Both the position numbers and the translations under genes were made by a program. Below are positions 28,360 to 37,670 of a DNA stretch of 64,000 nt, one piece after another. Within the stretch, counting starts at the first letter, position 1. Each line of letters begins with the position of its first letter. The notes under the pieces were generated by a model that made no database searches, had not been told where the DNA came from, and saw nothing but the letters and a program-made list of their open reading frames with translations. This DNA comes from Clostridia bacterium (GTDB taxonomy: Bacteria; Bacillota; Clostridia; UMGS1883; UMGS1540), in NCBI GenBank assembly GCA_017620205.1, contig JAFZQX010000003.1, positions 3,713 through 67,712 of the forward strand. Reading direction: 5' to 3'.

Positions 28360-28428
28360 GAATAAAATCACCTTCGTCGCGTATGAAACGGCCCGTTTTG
28401 CGCAAAATATCGGCGGAGGTGATTTTTT

Positions 28429-28593
28429 ATGGCTAAATCGTATTACGACCTGTTTGAGCTTTTGGAAGACAACACGGAGGCCGATGGCTTTTTTCGCGGC
28501 TTGCCCGAATACGCGCGTGAAATAATAGAAGACCGCGCGGAAAAAATACAAAGCATAAAGGATCTGAAAGACACTGCGGAAACACTTCTATGA
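28429..28593 (+). CDS. small hypothetical protein (54 aa, acidic)
   Basis: GGAGGT RBS 8 nt upstream. Followed by an 11-bp perfect hairpin. Not in the ORF track (below the size threshold). Confidence 0.4.
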   Translation: MAKSYYDLFELLEDNTEADGFFRGLPEYAREIIEDRAEKIQSIKDLKDTAETLL

Positions 28594-28661
28594 GACAGAA
28601 GGTACACCTTCTGTCTCGCTGAAAAAGAATAAATCGGGAATATTCGGTAAAAATAGGGAAG

Positions 28662-29102
28662 GTGAGAATAATGATGGGAACTGTGTTTTCCGTAATAGCC
28701 GGCGCCGCCATGAGTGTTCAGGGCGTATTTAACACCGCGGTTTCCGGCACGGCGGGACTTTATGAAGCCAATACTTTTATACAGGGTACAGCGTTTTTGC
28801 TGTCTCTTGTATTGGGGCTGTTTTTGGGTGACGGAAGCTATAATAAGCTGTTTTCCGTAAACAAGATTTATCTTACGGGCGGTATTTTAGGCGTTTTGAT
28901 AACCGTTTTTGTCATGCTTGCGATAAAGCACAAAGGCGCAACGGTAGCTGTTTCCGTTATACTTGTTTCTCAGCTTCTGACAGCGGCGCTTATCGATGCG
29001 TTCGGCCTGTTTGAAACGCAAAAAATAGCTTTTGGACTTTATAAATACTTGGGTCTTTTGCTTATGATTGCGGGCGTAATTATTTTTAAAAAGGAGATAT
29101 AA
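28662..29102 (+). CDS. DMT-superfamily small membrane protein (DUF606/YdcZ-like)
   Basis: Four to five TM helices and DUF606-like glycine-rich motifs. Confidence 0.55.
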   Translation: MRIMMGTVFSVIAGAAMSVQGVFNTAVSGTAGLYEANTFIQGTAFLLSLVLGLFLGDGSYNKLFSVNKIYLTGGILGVLITVFVMLAIKHKGATVAVSVILVSQLLTAALIDAFGLFETQKIAFGLYKYLGLLLMIAGVIIFKKEI

Positions 29103-29109
29103 AAAAGAT

Positions 29110-29463
29110 ATGGATTATTTAAACGCTTTTTGGGTGGGCGGCTTAATATGCCTTTTGGGACAGATACTGATAGATAAAACTAAAATGACGCCTGCCAGAA
29201 TTTTGGTAACTTTTGTTTGCGTTGGCGTGCTTTTGTCTCTTTTGGGGCTTTACAAGCCGCTTGCGGATTATGCGGGCGCGGGCGCAACCGTCCCGATTTT
29301 AGGCTTTGGACATGCTCTTTTTCAGGGGGTTAAAAAGGCGGTTGATGCGGAAGGACTTTTCGGGGCTTTAAAAGGCGGTCTTGCCGCGGTATCCGCAGGA
29401 CTTGCAGCGGCAATATTCTTCGGTTTTTTGGCCGGTATTATTTTCAAACCAAAATCACGATAA
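29110..29463 (+). CDS. spoVAEB: SpoVAC/SpoVAEB family sporulation membrane protein
   Basis: AGAGATVPILGFGHAL and a C-terminal FKPK, as in B. subtilis SpoVAC/SpoVAEB. Confidence 0.7.
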   Translation: MDYLNAFWVGGLICLLGQILIDKTKMTPARILVTFVCVGVLLSLLGLYKPLADYAGAGATVPILGFGHALFQGVKKAVDAEGLFGALKGGLAAVSAGLAAAIFFGFLAGIIFKPKSR

Positions 29464-29480
29464 AATATGCACTTTTATTT

Positions 29481-29509
29481 GACTTTATTTGTAATATGTG
29501 GTATAATTT
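29481..29509 (+). promoter_or_regulatory. sigma-A promoter (TTGACT-17-TATAAT with an extended -10 TG)
   Basis: Near-consensus, about 35 nt upstream of lysA. Confidence 0.75.
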
Positions 29510-29543
29510 CTGTTAAGTATATAATGATTTGAGGATGATTAAA

Positions 29544-30842
29544 ATGTTTATTTCAAAGTCCCTTGGGACAAACAAAGACGGTAATTTAACAATAGGCGGC
29601 GCCGATACAACGGTTTTGGCAAAAACTTTCGGTACTCCGCTGTACGTTTTCGATGAAAACCTGATAATAGAAAATATGCGTTCCTATAAGGAAAGCATAG
29701 ATACATATTATGACGGACGCGGAATAGTTTTTTATGCCTCCAAAGCGTTTTCCTGCAAAGAGATGGCAAGAATAGCAAACCGTGAAGGCTTGGGACTTGA
29801 CGTCATGAGTGGCGGTGAGCTTTTTACCGCGCAGACGGCTGATTTTCCGCTTGACAGAGTATGTTATCACGGCAACAACAAGGATTTTGAAGAAATTCAG
29901 CAGGCAATTGAAAGCGGTGTCGGCAGAATTGTGGCTGACAGCGGCGAAGAGCTTCAGCTTATAGATTCTATAGCGAAAACGCTTAACAAAAAACAAAAAG
30001 TTTTGCTCCGTGTAACGCCGGGCGTTGAGGCGCATACACATGAGTTTATCCAGACGGGACAAATTGACAGTAAATTCGGCGTAACTCTTGAAACCGGAGC
30101 CGCTTTTGATGTTATCGATAAGGCGAGAAAACTTGAAAATATAGAATTTGCAGGTCTTCACAGCCATATAGGCTCTCAGATTTTTGACGAAGAGCCGTTT
30201 ATATGCGCGGCACGCCTTTTGGTTGGTTTTATGGCTAAGGTAAAAAAAGAGCTCGGTATAAATCTTTATGAACTCAATCTCGGCGGGGGATTTGGAATAA
30301 AATATACTAAAGAGGACAAGCCTAAGCCGTACAGAACATATATGCAGGATCTTATTGCCGGTCTTTGCCGTGCTTGTGATGACTTTAAAGTTGAAAAGCC
30401 TTTCCTTATGGTTGAACCCGGCCGTTCTATAGTAGGTGCGGCAGGTATAACTCTTTATACAGTAGGCGGAGTTAAAAACATACCCGGAATACGCAAATAC
30501 GTGTCCGTAAACGGCGGTATGAGCGACAACCCGAGATATATTCTCTATGAAGCGGAATACGAAGCGCTTTTGGCGGAAAAGCCTTATGAAGAAGGAACAG
30601 AAACGGTTACAATAGTCGGAAAGCATTGCGAATCGGGTGACGTGCTTATAAAAGATATTAAAATGCCCGAAATAGAAAGAGGAGATATTCTAGCCGTGCT
30701 CGCAACAGGTGCATATAACTATTCAATGGCGAGCAACTATAACCGCGTTCCGCGCGCGGCGGCAGTAATGGTGCGCGACGGTGTTCCGAGAGTTATTATA
30801 AAACGCGAGTCTTATGAAGATATTGTGAGGAATGATATATAA
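29544..30842 (+). CDS. lysA: diaminopimelate decarboxylase
   Basis: Fold-III PLP decarboxylase motifs. Confidence 0.9.
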   Translation: MFISKSLGTNKDGNLTIGGADTTVLAKTFGTPLYVFDENLIIENMRSYKESIDTYYDGRGIVFYASKAFSCKEMARIANREGLGLDVMSGGELFTAQTADFPLDRVCYHGNNKDFEEIQQAIESGVGRIVADSGEELQLIDSIAKTLNKKQKVLLRVTPGVEAHTHEFIQTGQIDSKFGVTLETGAAFDVIDKARKLENIEFAGLHSHIGSQIFDEEPFICAARLLVGFMAKVKKELGINLYELNLGGGFGIKYTKEDKPKPYRTYMQDLIAGLCRACDDFKVEKPFLMVEPGRSIVGAAGITLYTVGGVKNIPGIRKYVSVNGGMSDNPRYILYEAEYEALLAEKPYEEGTETVTIVGKHCESGDVLIKDIKMPEIERGDILAVLATGAYNYSMASNYNRVPRAAAVMVRDGVPRVIIKRESYEDIVRNDI

Positions 30843-31489
30843 TGATGGGACTTACTCTCAGGGAAATGATTTTAAGGCTTCCCGTTTTGTTTATTGCCAT
30901 ATCTGTCCACGAATACAGTCACGGATACGCGGCATATAAAATGGGCGACGGAACTGCAAAAATGCAGGGGAGACTTACTCTAAACCCCTTGGCGCATATA
31001 GATATACTCGGCGCTTTGTGCATGGTCCTTTTCGGATTCGGCTGGGCGAAAGCCGTGCCGATAAATCCGAATAATTTCAGAGACCGTAAAAAAGGCCTTG
31101 TATTGGTATCGCTCGCAGGTCCCCTTTCAAACTTTTTTATTGCAATTATAGGCGCCGTGCTTTACGGCATTTTTGCCCGTTTTAATTTCGGCAGCTTTAA
31201 CATTGAATTTGCGGAAGTTTTTTACGGGCTGATGAACCAGCTTATTTTACTTAACGTTTGCTTCGGCGTGTTTAACCTTTTGCCGATACCGCCTTTGGAC
31301 GGCTCAAAAATAGTAGGCGCGTTTTTGCCGTACAGGATTTATTATAAAGTATTGGAGTATGAAAGATACGCTTTTCCCGTACTGCTCATTCTGCTTTATA
31401 CTAATATTTTGAGCAAAGTTCTTTTTATACTTATAAATCCGGTTTTAAAAAGCATAAATAGCTTGATAAATTTTATAGTTAACATATGA
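30842..31489 (+). CDS. site-2 protease (M50) family zinc metalloprotease
   Basis: HEYSH (HExxH) within a TM segment, and an LDG motif. Confidence 0.75.
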   Translation: MMGLTLREMILRLPVLFIAISVHEYSHGYAAYKMGDGTAKMQGRLTLNPLAHIDILGALCMVLFGFGWAKAVPINPNNFRDRKKGLVLVSLAGPLSNFFIAIIGAVLYGIFARFNFGSFNIEFAEVFYGLMNQLILLNVCFGVFNLLPIPPLDGSKIVGAFLPYRIYYKVLEYERYAFPVLLILLYTNILSKVLFILINPVLKSINSLINFIVNI

Positions 31490-32211
31490 CGGATAAAGTT
31501 TTAAGATTTTCGCTTGAGGTTTATGACGGCCCTTTGGATCTTCTCTTAAACCTTGTGCGGAAGAATAAGATTGACATATTTGATATACCGATAGCAGAAA
31601 TAACTTCTCAGTATTTGGATGAGCTTCATAGGATGGAAGAAGCTGATATTGAGATAAGCTCGGAATTTCTCGTTATGGCGTCACAGCTGCTTTTGATGAA
31701 GTCGCGCGCGCTGCTCCCGTCGGAAGAACCCACGGAGGACGAGATGACGCCCGAACAGCTTGCCGAAAGACTTGAGGAGTACAGAAAAATAAAAGAAGCG
31801 GCAAAAATGCTTGATGAGATTCAGTTTTCTTCGGAGGCGCTTTTCTTTAAAAAGCCCGAAAAGCTCCAGAAAGGTCCTATAGAAAACGTAAACATGGAAA
31901 AGGATTTGCTTTTTGAAGCTTTTAAAAGCGTTTTATCCCGCGTTGAGGACAGGCTTCCGCCGAAGAAAGAGAATTTTCAGGGTATAGTGGGCAGAGAGAA
32001 AGTTTCGCTGCCCGATAAAATACGCGATGTTTTAAAATTTGTAAACACAAGAAAGAAAACATCTTTTGAGAGCATATTTGAAAGCTCTAAGACAAAAGGC
32101 GAAGTTGTTACTGTATTTCTTGCCGTTTTGCATCTTATTGCGAGAGGAAAGATAAAAATGCATGAAAGAGGCGGCAAAATAACAATTACAAAAAGCGGTG
32201 ATAAAGCTTGA
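31486..32211 (+). CDS. scpA: segregation and condensation protein A
   Basis: ScpA family N-terminus. Confidence 0.9.
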   Translation: MTDKVLRFSLEVYDGPLDLLLNLVRKNKIDIFDIPIAEITSQYLDELHRMEEADIEISSEFLVMASQLLLMKSRALLPSEEPTEDEMTPEQLAERLEEYRKIKEAAKMLDEIQFSSEALFFKKPEKLQKGPIENVNMEKDLLFEAFKSVLSRVEDRLPPKKENFQGIVGREKVSLPDKIRDVLKFVNTRKKTSFESIFESSKTKGEVVTVFLAVLHLIARGKIKMHERGGKITITKSGDKA

Positions 32212-32753
32212 CGGAAAAACTTAAAAACGCTGCGGAAGCGATACTTTTCAGCTGCGGAGAACCTGTTTCAACGGTTGAAATAGCAGAGGCGCTCGGTGTG
32301 TCAAACAGACTTGCTGTTGATATTATAGAAGCGCTTCAAGCGGAATATGACAAAGAACGCCGCGGCGTTAAAATAATAAAACTGGCGGATTCATATCAGC
32401 TTTGTTCGAGAGAAGATTATTTTGAGTTTATAAGAAATGTTACGGAACCGAGACGCCGTCAGGCGCTGACCGCCCCTACGCTTGAAACGCTTTCGATAAT
32501 AGCTTACAATCAGCCAATAACGAGGAGCAGAATAGAGTTTATTCGCGGCGTTGACTGCACCGCGAGCATAGCAAAGCTTTCGGAACGCGGCCTTATAGAC
32601 GAAGTCGGCAGAATGGATACGCCCGGCAAACCGATACTGTACGGCACAACGGATGAGTTTTTAAGATGCTTCGGACTTTCTGATATAAGCGAGTTGCCGG
32701 AGCTTTCTGAGGCACCGCAGCAGGAGGATTTTTTGAAAAATAGCGAGGAGTAA
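32208..32753 (+). CDS. scpB: segregation and condensation protein B
   Basis: ScpB winged-helix. Confidence 0.9.
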   Translation: MTEKLKNAAEAILFSCGEPVSTVEIAEALGVSNRLAVDIIEALQAEYDKERRGVKIIKLADSYQLCSREDYFEFIRNVTEPRRRQALTAPTLETLSIIAYNQPITRSRIEFIRGVDCTASIAKLSERGLIDEVGRMDTPGKPILYGTTDEFLRCFGLSDISELPELSEAPQQEDFLKNSEE

Positions 32754-32759
32754 CGGCTC

Positions 32760-33344
32760 ATGACTGTTTTAATTATTGTTTTGGCAGTTTTAGCACTGCT
32801 TCTTTTGCTGCCTGTAAAAGCAGATGTATCTTTTCTGCTTTTGGGCGGCCAAGACAGGCTTTGCGTTAAAGCCGGAATAGTTGCTCCTTTTTTGACGGTT
32901 TTTGATTCGACTAAAAAGAAAGCAAAGAAAAAAAAGAAAAAAGAAGAATCGGAAACGGAGAAGGAAGAGCCGGATAAGAAAAAAGAAAAGAAAAATAAGA
33001 AAAAATACAGTTTTGAGCAGATTAAAAAACTGCTTAAGATGGTTTTTGACGCTCTTGCGTTTGTAAAAAAGCATCTGGTTATTTCAAACCTTAAACTGCA
33101 TTTTCATATGGGGTTTGACGACGCGGCTCAAACAGGAATTGCGGTAGGTTCCGCATGGGGCTTTTTATATGACTTTGTCGCGCTTTGCGACAGGAAGTTT
33201 AAGCTTAAAAAGCACAGCGTACATGTTGCCCCCGATTTTACGCAGGAAGTTTTTGAAACAGATTTGAATGTGAAATTAAGCTTTAAATTAATATATGCAA
33301 TTATAGTTGCGGTTAAAATTTTGAAAGGAATGAGAAAACTATGA
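32760..33344 (+). CDS. ytfI: DUF2953 (YtfI-like) sporulation-associated membrane protein with a K/E-rich linker
   Basis: N-terminal TM segment and a poly-K/E low-complexity segment. Paired with ytfJ. Confidence 0.6.
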   Translation: MTVLIIVLAVLALLLLLPVKADVSFLLLGGQDRLCVKAGIVAPFLTVFDSTKKKAKKKKKKEESETEKEEPDKKKEKKNKKKYSFEQIKKLLKMVFDALAFVKKHLVISNLKLHFHMGFDDAAQTGIAVGSAWGFLYDFVALCDRKFKLKKHSVHVAPDFTQEVFETDLNVKLSFKLIYAIIVAVKILKGMRKL

Positions 33345-33742
33345 GTGAATATCCTATTTCCGAACTCGTTGCATCTGCAATGAAAAACATTAAAGACATG
33401 GTAGACGTAAATACAATTATAGGAACGCCTATTGAAACAGCGGACGGCACAACCATTATCCCTGTTTCCAAGGTAAGCTTTGGTTTCGGTGCGGGCGGCA
33501 GTGAGTTTGAACCGAAGAAAAGCGAAGTAAAAGATGGCCTTTTCGGCGGCGGAAGCGGCGCGGGCGTGTCAATAAGTCCTCTCGGCTTTCTCGTTATTTC
33601 ACCTGCGAGCGAGGTGAAAATGATTCCCATATCAAACGGCGAACTCACAGGTATTAATCAGTTTATACAGAACTTCCCGGAAACGTTTGATAAAGTTTCG
33701 GCTTTCGTGCAAAAGAGAAAAGAAAAGAAAATGGACGATTAA
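33341..33742 (+). CDS. ytfJ: sporulation protein YtfJ (GerW family)
   Basis: VSKVSFGFGAGGSE and GGGSGAGVSISPLGFLVI signature of the family. Confidence 0.8.
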   Translation: MSEYPISELVASAMKNIKDMVDVNTIIGTPIETADGTTIIPVSKVSFGFGAGGSEFEPKKSEVKDGLFGGGSGAGVSISPLGFLVISPASEVKMIPISNGELTGINQFIQNFPETFDKVSAFVQKRKEKKMDD

Positions 33743-33752
33743 TTTAAAACGC

Positions 33753-33790
33753 CGTTTCCACAAAATAGCGGAAACGGCGCTTTCTTTCGG
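33753..33790 (+). terminator. rho-independent terminator
   Basis: cgccgtttcc...ggaaacggcg followed by ctttctttc. Confidence 0.7.
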
Positions 33791-33799
33791 AGGAAATAC

Positions 33800-34225
33800 A
33801 TGTTTTATTATATTTGGCCTATCGCGCTTGTTGTGCTGTCAAACGTTTTTTACCAAATTTGCGCGAAATCCGTGCCGGGCGGCATGAATCCGCTTGCTTC
33901 TTTAACCGTTACATATCTTGTGGGTGCGGCGGCGAGCGCCATGCTGTTTTTTATACTTGGCGGCGGCAATCTTTTTAAAGAATACACAAAGCTGAACTTC
34001 GCGCCTTTCGTGCTTGGTATAGTTATAGTCGGTCTTGAGGTCGGGTTTATATATGCCTATAAGGCTGGATGGCAGATAAGCACAGCTTCAATTGTTCAAA
34101 GCGCGTTTTTGGCAGTTGCGCTCATATTTGTTGGACGGCTGTTATACGGCGAGCCGCTTACGTGGAATAAGCTACTCGGCATTTTACTGTGCCTCTTGGG
34201 GCTTGGTTTGATTAATTTAAAGTAA
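33800..34225 (+). CDS. EamA/DMT family small transporter
   Basis: About 4 TM helices of the EamA type. Confidence 0.55.
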   Translation: MFYYIWPIALVVLSNVFYQICAKSVPGGMNPLASLTVTYLVGAAASAMLFFILGGGNLFKEYTKLNFAPFVLGIVIVGLEVGFIYAYKAGWQISTASIVQSAFLAVALIFVGRLLYGEPLTWNKLLGILLCLLGLGLINLK

Positions 34226-34267
34226 ATTAAAAGAGTTTGCGATATTTTGTCGCAAGCTCTTTTTGCT

Positions 34268-34297
34268 GTATAAATAATACCGCTGAAGGCAATAATT
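34268..34297 (+). promoter_or_regulatory. forespore-type (sigma-F/sigma-G) promoter GTATA-15-GGCAATAATT
   Basis: Matches the sigma-F consensus GyATA-15-GGnnAnAnTw, about 45 nt upstream of sigG. Confidence 0.55.
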
Positions 34298-34342
34298 ATT
34301 AGTGCCGCAGATTACATATTTTTGTATTCGGAGGACACCCAA

Positions 34343-35116
34343 ATGGCACTTAATAAAGCACATATCTGCGGCGTTAATACATCTTCTTTACCTCTTTTGT
34401 CCGATGAGGAAAAAGAAACTCTCATACTAAAAGTAAAAGCGGGCGACAAAAAGGCGAGAGAGGAGCTTATAAACGGCAATCTGCGCCTTGTTTTAAGCGT
34501 TATACAAAGGTTTTGCGGCAGGGGCGAAACGCCCGATGACCTTTTTCAGGTCGGCTGCATTGGGCTTATAAAAGCCATTGACAATTTTGATCCAAAATTC
34601 ATGGTAAAATTTTCCACTTATGCCGTGCCTATGATAATTGGCGAGATAAGAAGACACCTGCGCGACTATAACAGCATACGCGTCAGCCGTTCCCTGCGCG
34701 ATATTGCGTATAAGGCGCTGACGGTAAAAGAAAAGCTTACAAATAAAAACAGGAAAGAGCCTACAATTGAAGAAATAGCGAAAGCCATGGATATTCCGAA
34801 AGAAGAAATTGTTTTCGCGCTGGACGCAATACTCGATCCCATATCGCTGTATGAGCCCGTGTATCATGACGGGGGTGACGCCGTGTTTGTCATGGACCAG
34901 GTTTGCGACGAAAAAAACAGGGACGAAGAGTGGATAGAAAAAATATCTTTAAAGGAAGCTATGAAGCATCTCGGAGAGCGCGAAAAGCAAATACTGAATA
35001 TGCGTTTTTTCGCGGGAAAAACACAGATGGAAGTGGCGGACGAGATAGGAATTTCGCAGGCGCAGGTGTCCCGTCTTGAAAAAAGCGCGCTTACTTCAAT
35101 GCGCAAATTCATTTGA
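34343..35116 (+). CDS. sigG: sporulation sigma factor SigG
   Basis: Close to B. subtilis SigG across regions 2 to 4 (LVNGNLRLVLSVIQRF, KFSTYAVPMIIGEIRR, IRVSRSLRDIAYKAL). Confidence 0.85.
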   Translation: MALNKAHICGVNTSSLPLLSDEEKETLILKVKAGDKKAREELINGNLRLVLSVIQRFCGRGETPDDLFQVGCIGLIKAIDNFDPKFMVKFSTYAVPMIIGEIRRHLRDYNSIRVSRSLRDIAYKALTVKEKLTNKNRKEPTIEEIAKAMDIPKEEIVFALDAILDPISLYEPVYHDGGDAVFVMDQVCDEKNRDEEWIEKISLKEAMKHLGEREKQILNMRFFAGKTQMEVADEIGISQAQVSRLEKSALTSMRKFI

Positions 35117-35166
35117 CAAAAAGCGTCAAAAAATGTATAATTATCAGTATATGAGAGGTTACATTT

Positions 35167-36252
35167 ATGAATATACTTTACTTGATAAATCACGCCGGCA
35201 GAGCCGGAACAGAAAAATACGTATACAATTTAACAAAGGCATTTAACGGCAAAAAGGCAAACTGCCATTTCGCATATAACGAGCCGGGTCTTTTGTCGGA
35301 GCAGATGGAAGAGCTCGGCGTTCCCATGTTTCGCTTGGAGATGAAAAACCCGTTTGATTTAAAGGCGGCAAAAAAGCTCGCGAAATACTGCAAGGAAAAC
35401 AAAATAGATATTGTCCATTCGCAGTACCCGCGCGAAAATTATATTGCGATTTTATCAAAGCTTTTCGGCAGTGGGGCAAAGGCAATATATACTTGCCACC
35501 TTACATATTTCCCGCCGAAAATCTGGAATTTGATGAATAAAATCGTTATGCGCAAAAACGACAGAATAATAGCCGTTTGCAATTACGGTAAAGAAATACT
35601 GTGTCAGATAGGAGCACCGCGTGAAAAAATAGACGTAATCTTTAACGGTATTCCTAAACCCTCTGCTCCCGTTCGCGACAGAAGCGTTTTAAAAGAGATA
35701 GGCGTAAGTGAAGATGCCTTTGTAATAGTTACGCTCTCGCGCCACAATAAAGAAAAAGGTCTGCCGTATCTTGTGCGCTCAATGAAGCGTCTCAGAGAGA
35801 AAACAGACAAAAACTTTGTATGCCTTATAGCGGGCGACGGTCCGCTTTTTGATGAAACGTGCAGTTACATAAAAGAGCAGGGAGCGGAGGACTATGTCAA
35901 AGCTTTGGGCTTTAGAAAAGATACGGAAAAAATCCTCAGCGCCTCGGACGCTTTTGTAAACAGCGCGGAGTGTAACGAAGCTTTAAGCTTCGCCATACTT
36001 GAAGCCATGGGACACGCTCTGCCTATTGTCGCGACCGATATAGGCGGCAACCCCGATATAGTAAACCCTGAACACTTCTGCGGCGAACTCGTGCCGTACG
36101 GCGATGAAAACGCCATGAGCGACGCCTTCCTTCGCCTTATGAATGACAGCGAATACTATAAAAAATGCAGCGGCGGCGCATTTAACACCGTTTCAAGCGT
36201 TTTTAATTTAGACGAGCTTATGGAAAAAACATTTGAAGAGTATATCTTTTAG
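35167..36252 (+). CDS. glycosyltransferase family 4
   Basis: GT4 C-terminal motifs (E...E). Confidence 0.75.
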   Translation: MNILYLINHAGRAGTEKYVYNLTKAFNGKKANCHFAYNEPGLLSEQMEELGVPMFRLEMKNPFDLKAAKKLAKYCKENKIDIVHSQYPRENYIAILSKLFGSGAKAIYTCHLTYFPPKIWNLMNKIVMRKNDRIIAVCNYGKEILCQIGAPREKIDVIFNGIPKPSAPVRDRSVLKEIGVSEDAFVIVTLSRHNKEKGLPYLVRSMKRLREKTDKNFVCLIAGDGPLFDETCSYIKEQGAEDYVKALGFRKDTEKILSASDAFVNSAECNEALSFAILEAMGHALPIVATDIGGNPDIVNPEHFCGELVPYGDENAMSDAFLRLMNDSEYYKKCSGGAFNTVSSVFNLDELMEKTFEEYIF

Positions 36253-36277
36253 CAAATTACATCGGAGGAATCTCAAA

Positions 36278-37597
36278 ATGAGAAAAATAACAGCACTTAT
36301 TTTAAGTATAATTATATTTTCACTTGGTGCGGTTTCCGTGACAGCCGATGGGAATAACATTGAGGGCCTAAAGGAGTGCATGGACGCGCTTTGGATGAAA
36401 AACTATTATACAGAGAAACAGTTTGCCGAAATGCGCGAAAAAAGAAAGGCAGAATATACGGATGAATTTTGGCGAACGCCGTGGGAGACACGGCGGAATC
36501 TTGAATGGAGATATATAAAATACCCCGACGACGCGGAGGCGGAGCTGTCATATCGTATAGAAACTCGTATGCCGGATCCTGACGATAGCTTGTGGGTAAC
36601 ATGGCTGAATGATCCAGATATGAATTATTGTAATGTGTACGCACAGAACGGGGTTTTTGATTATATTTTCAGCGATACAGGATATTGGACTTATTATAGA
36701 AAGTATTCAGGCAGTGTAATGCGTACGGACGGGACTTTTTTAAAAGTCAGAACTGCAAACAAGAGGGAAACATATATATCAATATACTCGGACTCGGATG
36801 AACTTGATTTTATTAAAGATATTAATGGTATTGCGGATTTACTTGGCAGTGCGGGAGTAAAGACGGTTTATGATGTTAAAATATTTGGAACAGGGTTTAT
36901 GTCAAGTGAAATGCGTTTTTTGTATTTTAAGTGTGATAACGGTGATTATCTTATTCGATTGTCAACTACGAATACTGCTACGGATCAAAATGTCTATCTG
37001 CCGATAATGGAACGTTTTCAATTGTATACAGCTAAAGAAGCAATGCAAAAAATATCGGACGTTTATTTAAGTGACAATCACGATGAACGTGAATTTGGAT
37101 TGAAACAAGCAAAAAGCATTGCTGCCGTAAAACCGACATTTGAAGAAGAGGCAGAGGCATTACAACAGGCGGGCCTTTTGCAGGGAAACGAAAAAGGGCT
37201 TGATTTGTTAAAGCCCCTATCCCGTATTGAAGCAACTGCGCTCCTTGTACGCGCATTGGGTCTTGAAAATGAGCCTGCGGCGGAGCAGTCAGAGTTTGCG
37301 GATATACCTAATGGTCATTGGGGAGTAAAATATGCTAACATTGCGGCTGAAAAAGGAATAACAAAAGGTGTTGGCAATAATGAGTTTGCACCAAATAGTC
37401 TTGTTACAGATAATCAGTTTGCAACGCTTGTGCTTCGCAGCGCAAATGAGAGTGATTTTAATTGGGAAACGGCAATTGAGACGCTGACGGAGCGCGGAAT
37501 AATTACTCCGGAAGACGCTTCAACCATGGATTTATTTACTCGCGGCGACGCGGCAAAGATTATATATGAGGCACGCGAAAAAGGATTGTTAAGATAG
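36278..37597 (+). CDS. secreted protein with C-terminal S-layer homology (SLH) domains
   Basis: Signal peptide, then three SLH-like repeats at the C-terminus. Confidence 0.65.
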   Translation: MRKITALILSIIIFSLGAVSVTADGNNIEGLKECMDALWMKNYYTEKQFAEMREKRKAEYTDEFWRTPWETRRNLEWRYIKYPDDAEAELSYRIETRMPDPDDSLWVTWLNDPDMNYCNVYAQNGVFDYIFSDTGYWTYYRKYSGSVMRTDGTFLKVRTANKRETYISIYSDSDELDFIKDINGIADLLGSAGVKTVYDVKIFGTGFMSSEMRFLYFKCDNGDYLIRLSTTNTATDQNVYLPIMERFQLYTAKEAMQKISDVYLSDNHDEREFGLKQAKSIAAVKPTFEEEAEALQQAGLLQGNEKGLDLLKPLSRIEATALLVRALGLENEPAAEQSEFADIPNGHWGVKYANIAAEKGITKGVGNNEFAPNSLVTDNQFATLVLRSANESDFNWETAIETLTERGIITPEDASTMDLFTRGDAAKIIYEAREKGLLR

Positions 37598-37628
37598 AAA
37601 ACAAAAATATACAATATATTAAAAATAA

Positions 37629-37660
37629 GGGATTGTACAAAAAACGTACAATCCCTTAAA
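37629..37660. terminator. bidirectional terminator (perfect 12-bp stem AAGGGATTGTAC/GTACAATCCCTT)
   Basis: Between the SLH gene and the convergent tyrS gene. T-rich on the minus strand. Confidence 0.8.
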
Positions 37661-37670
37661 TGTTTCTGTA

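Noticed and set aside
29586-30626. 346-aa minus-strand ORF inside lysA
   Set aside because: Antisense to canonical diaminopimelate decarboxylase. The translation is Y/F/K-rich nonsense with no start context.
32890-33010. Poly-A/G-rich simple repeat (aaagaaaaaaaag...) resembling a low-complexity DNA repeat
   Set aside because: It is in frame within the DUF2953 gene and encodes a K/E-rich linker. It is not an independent repeat element.
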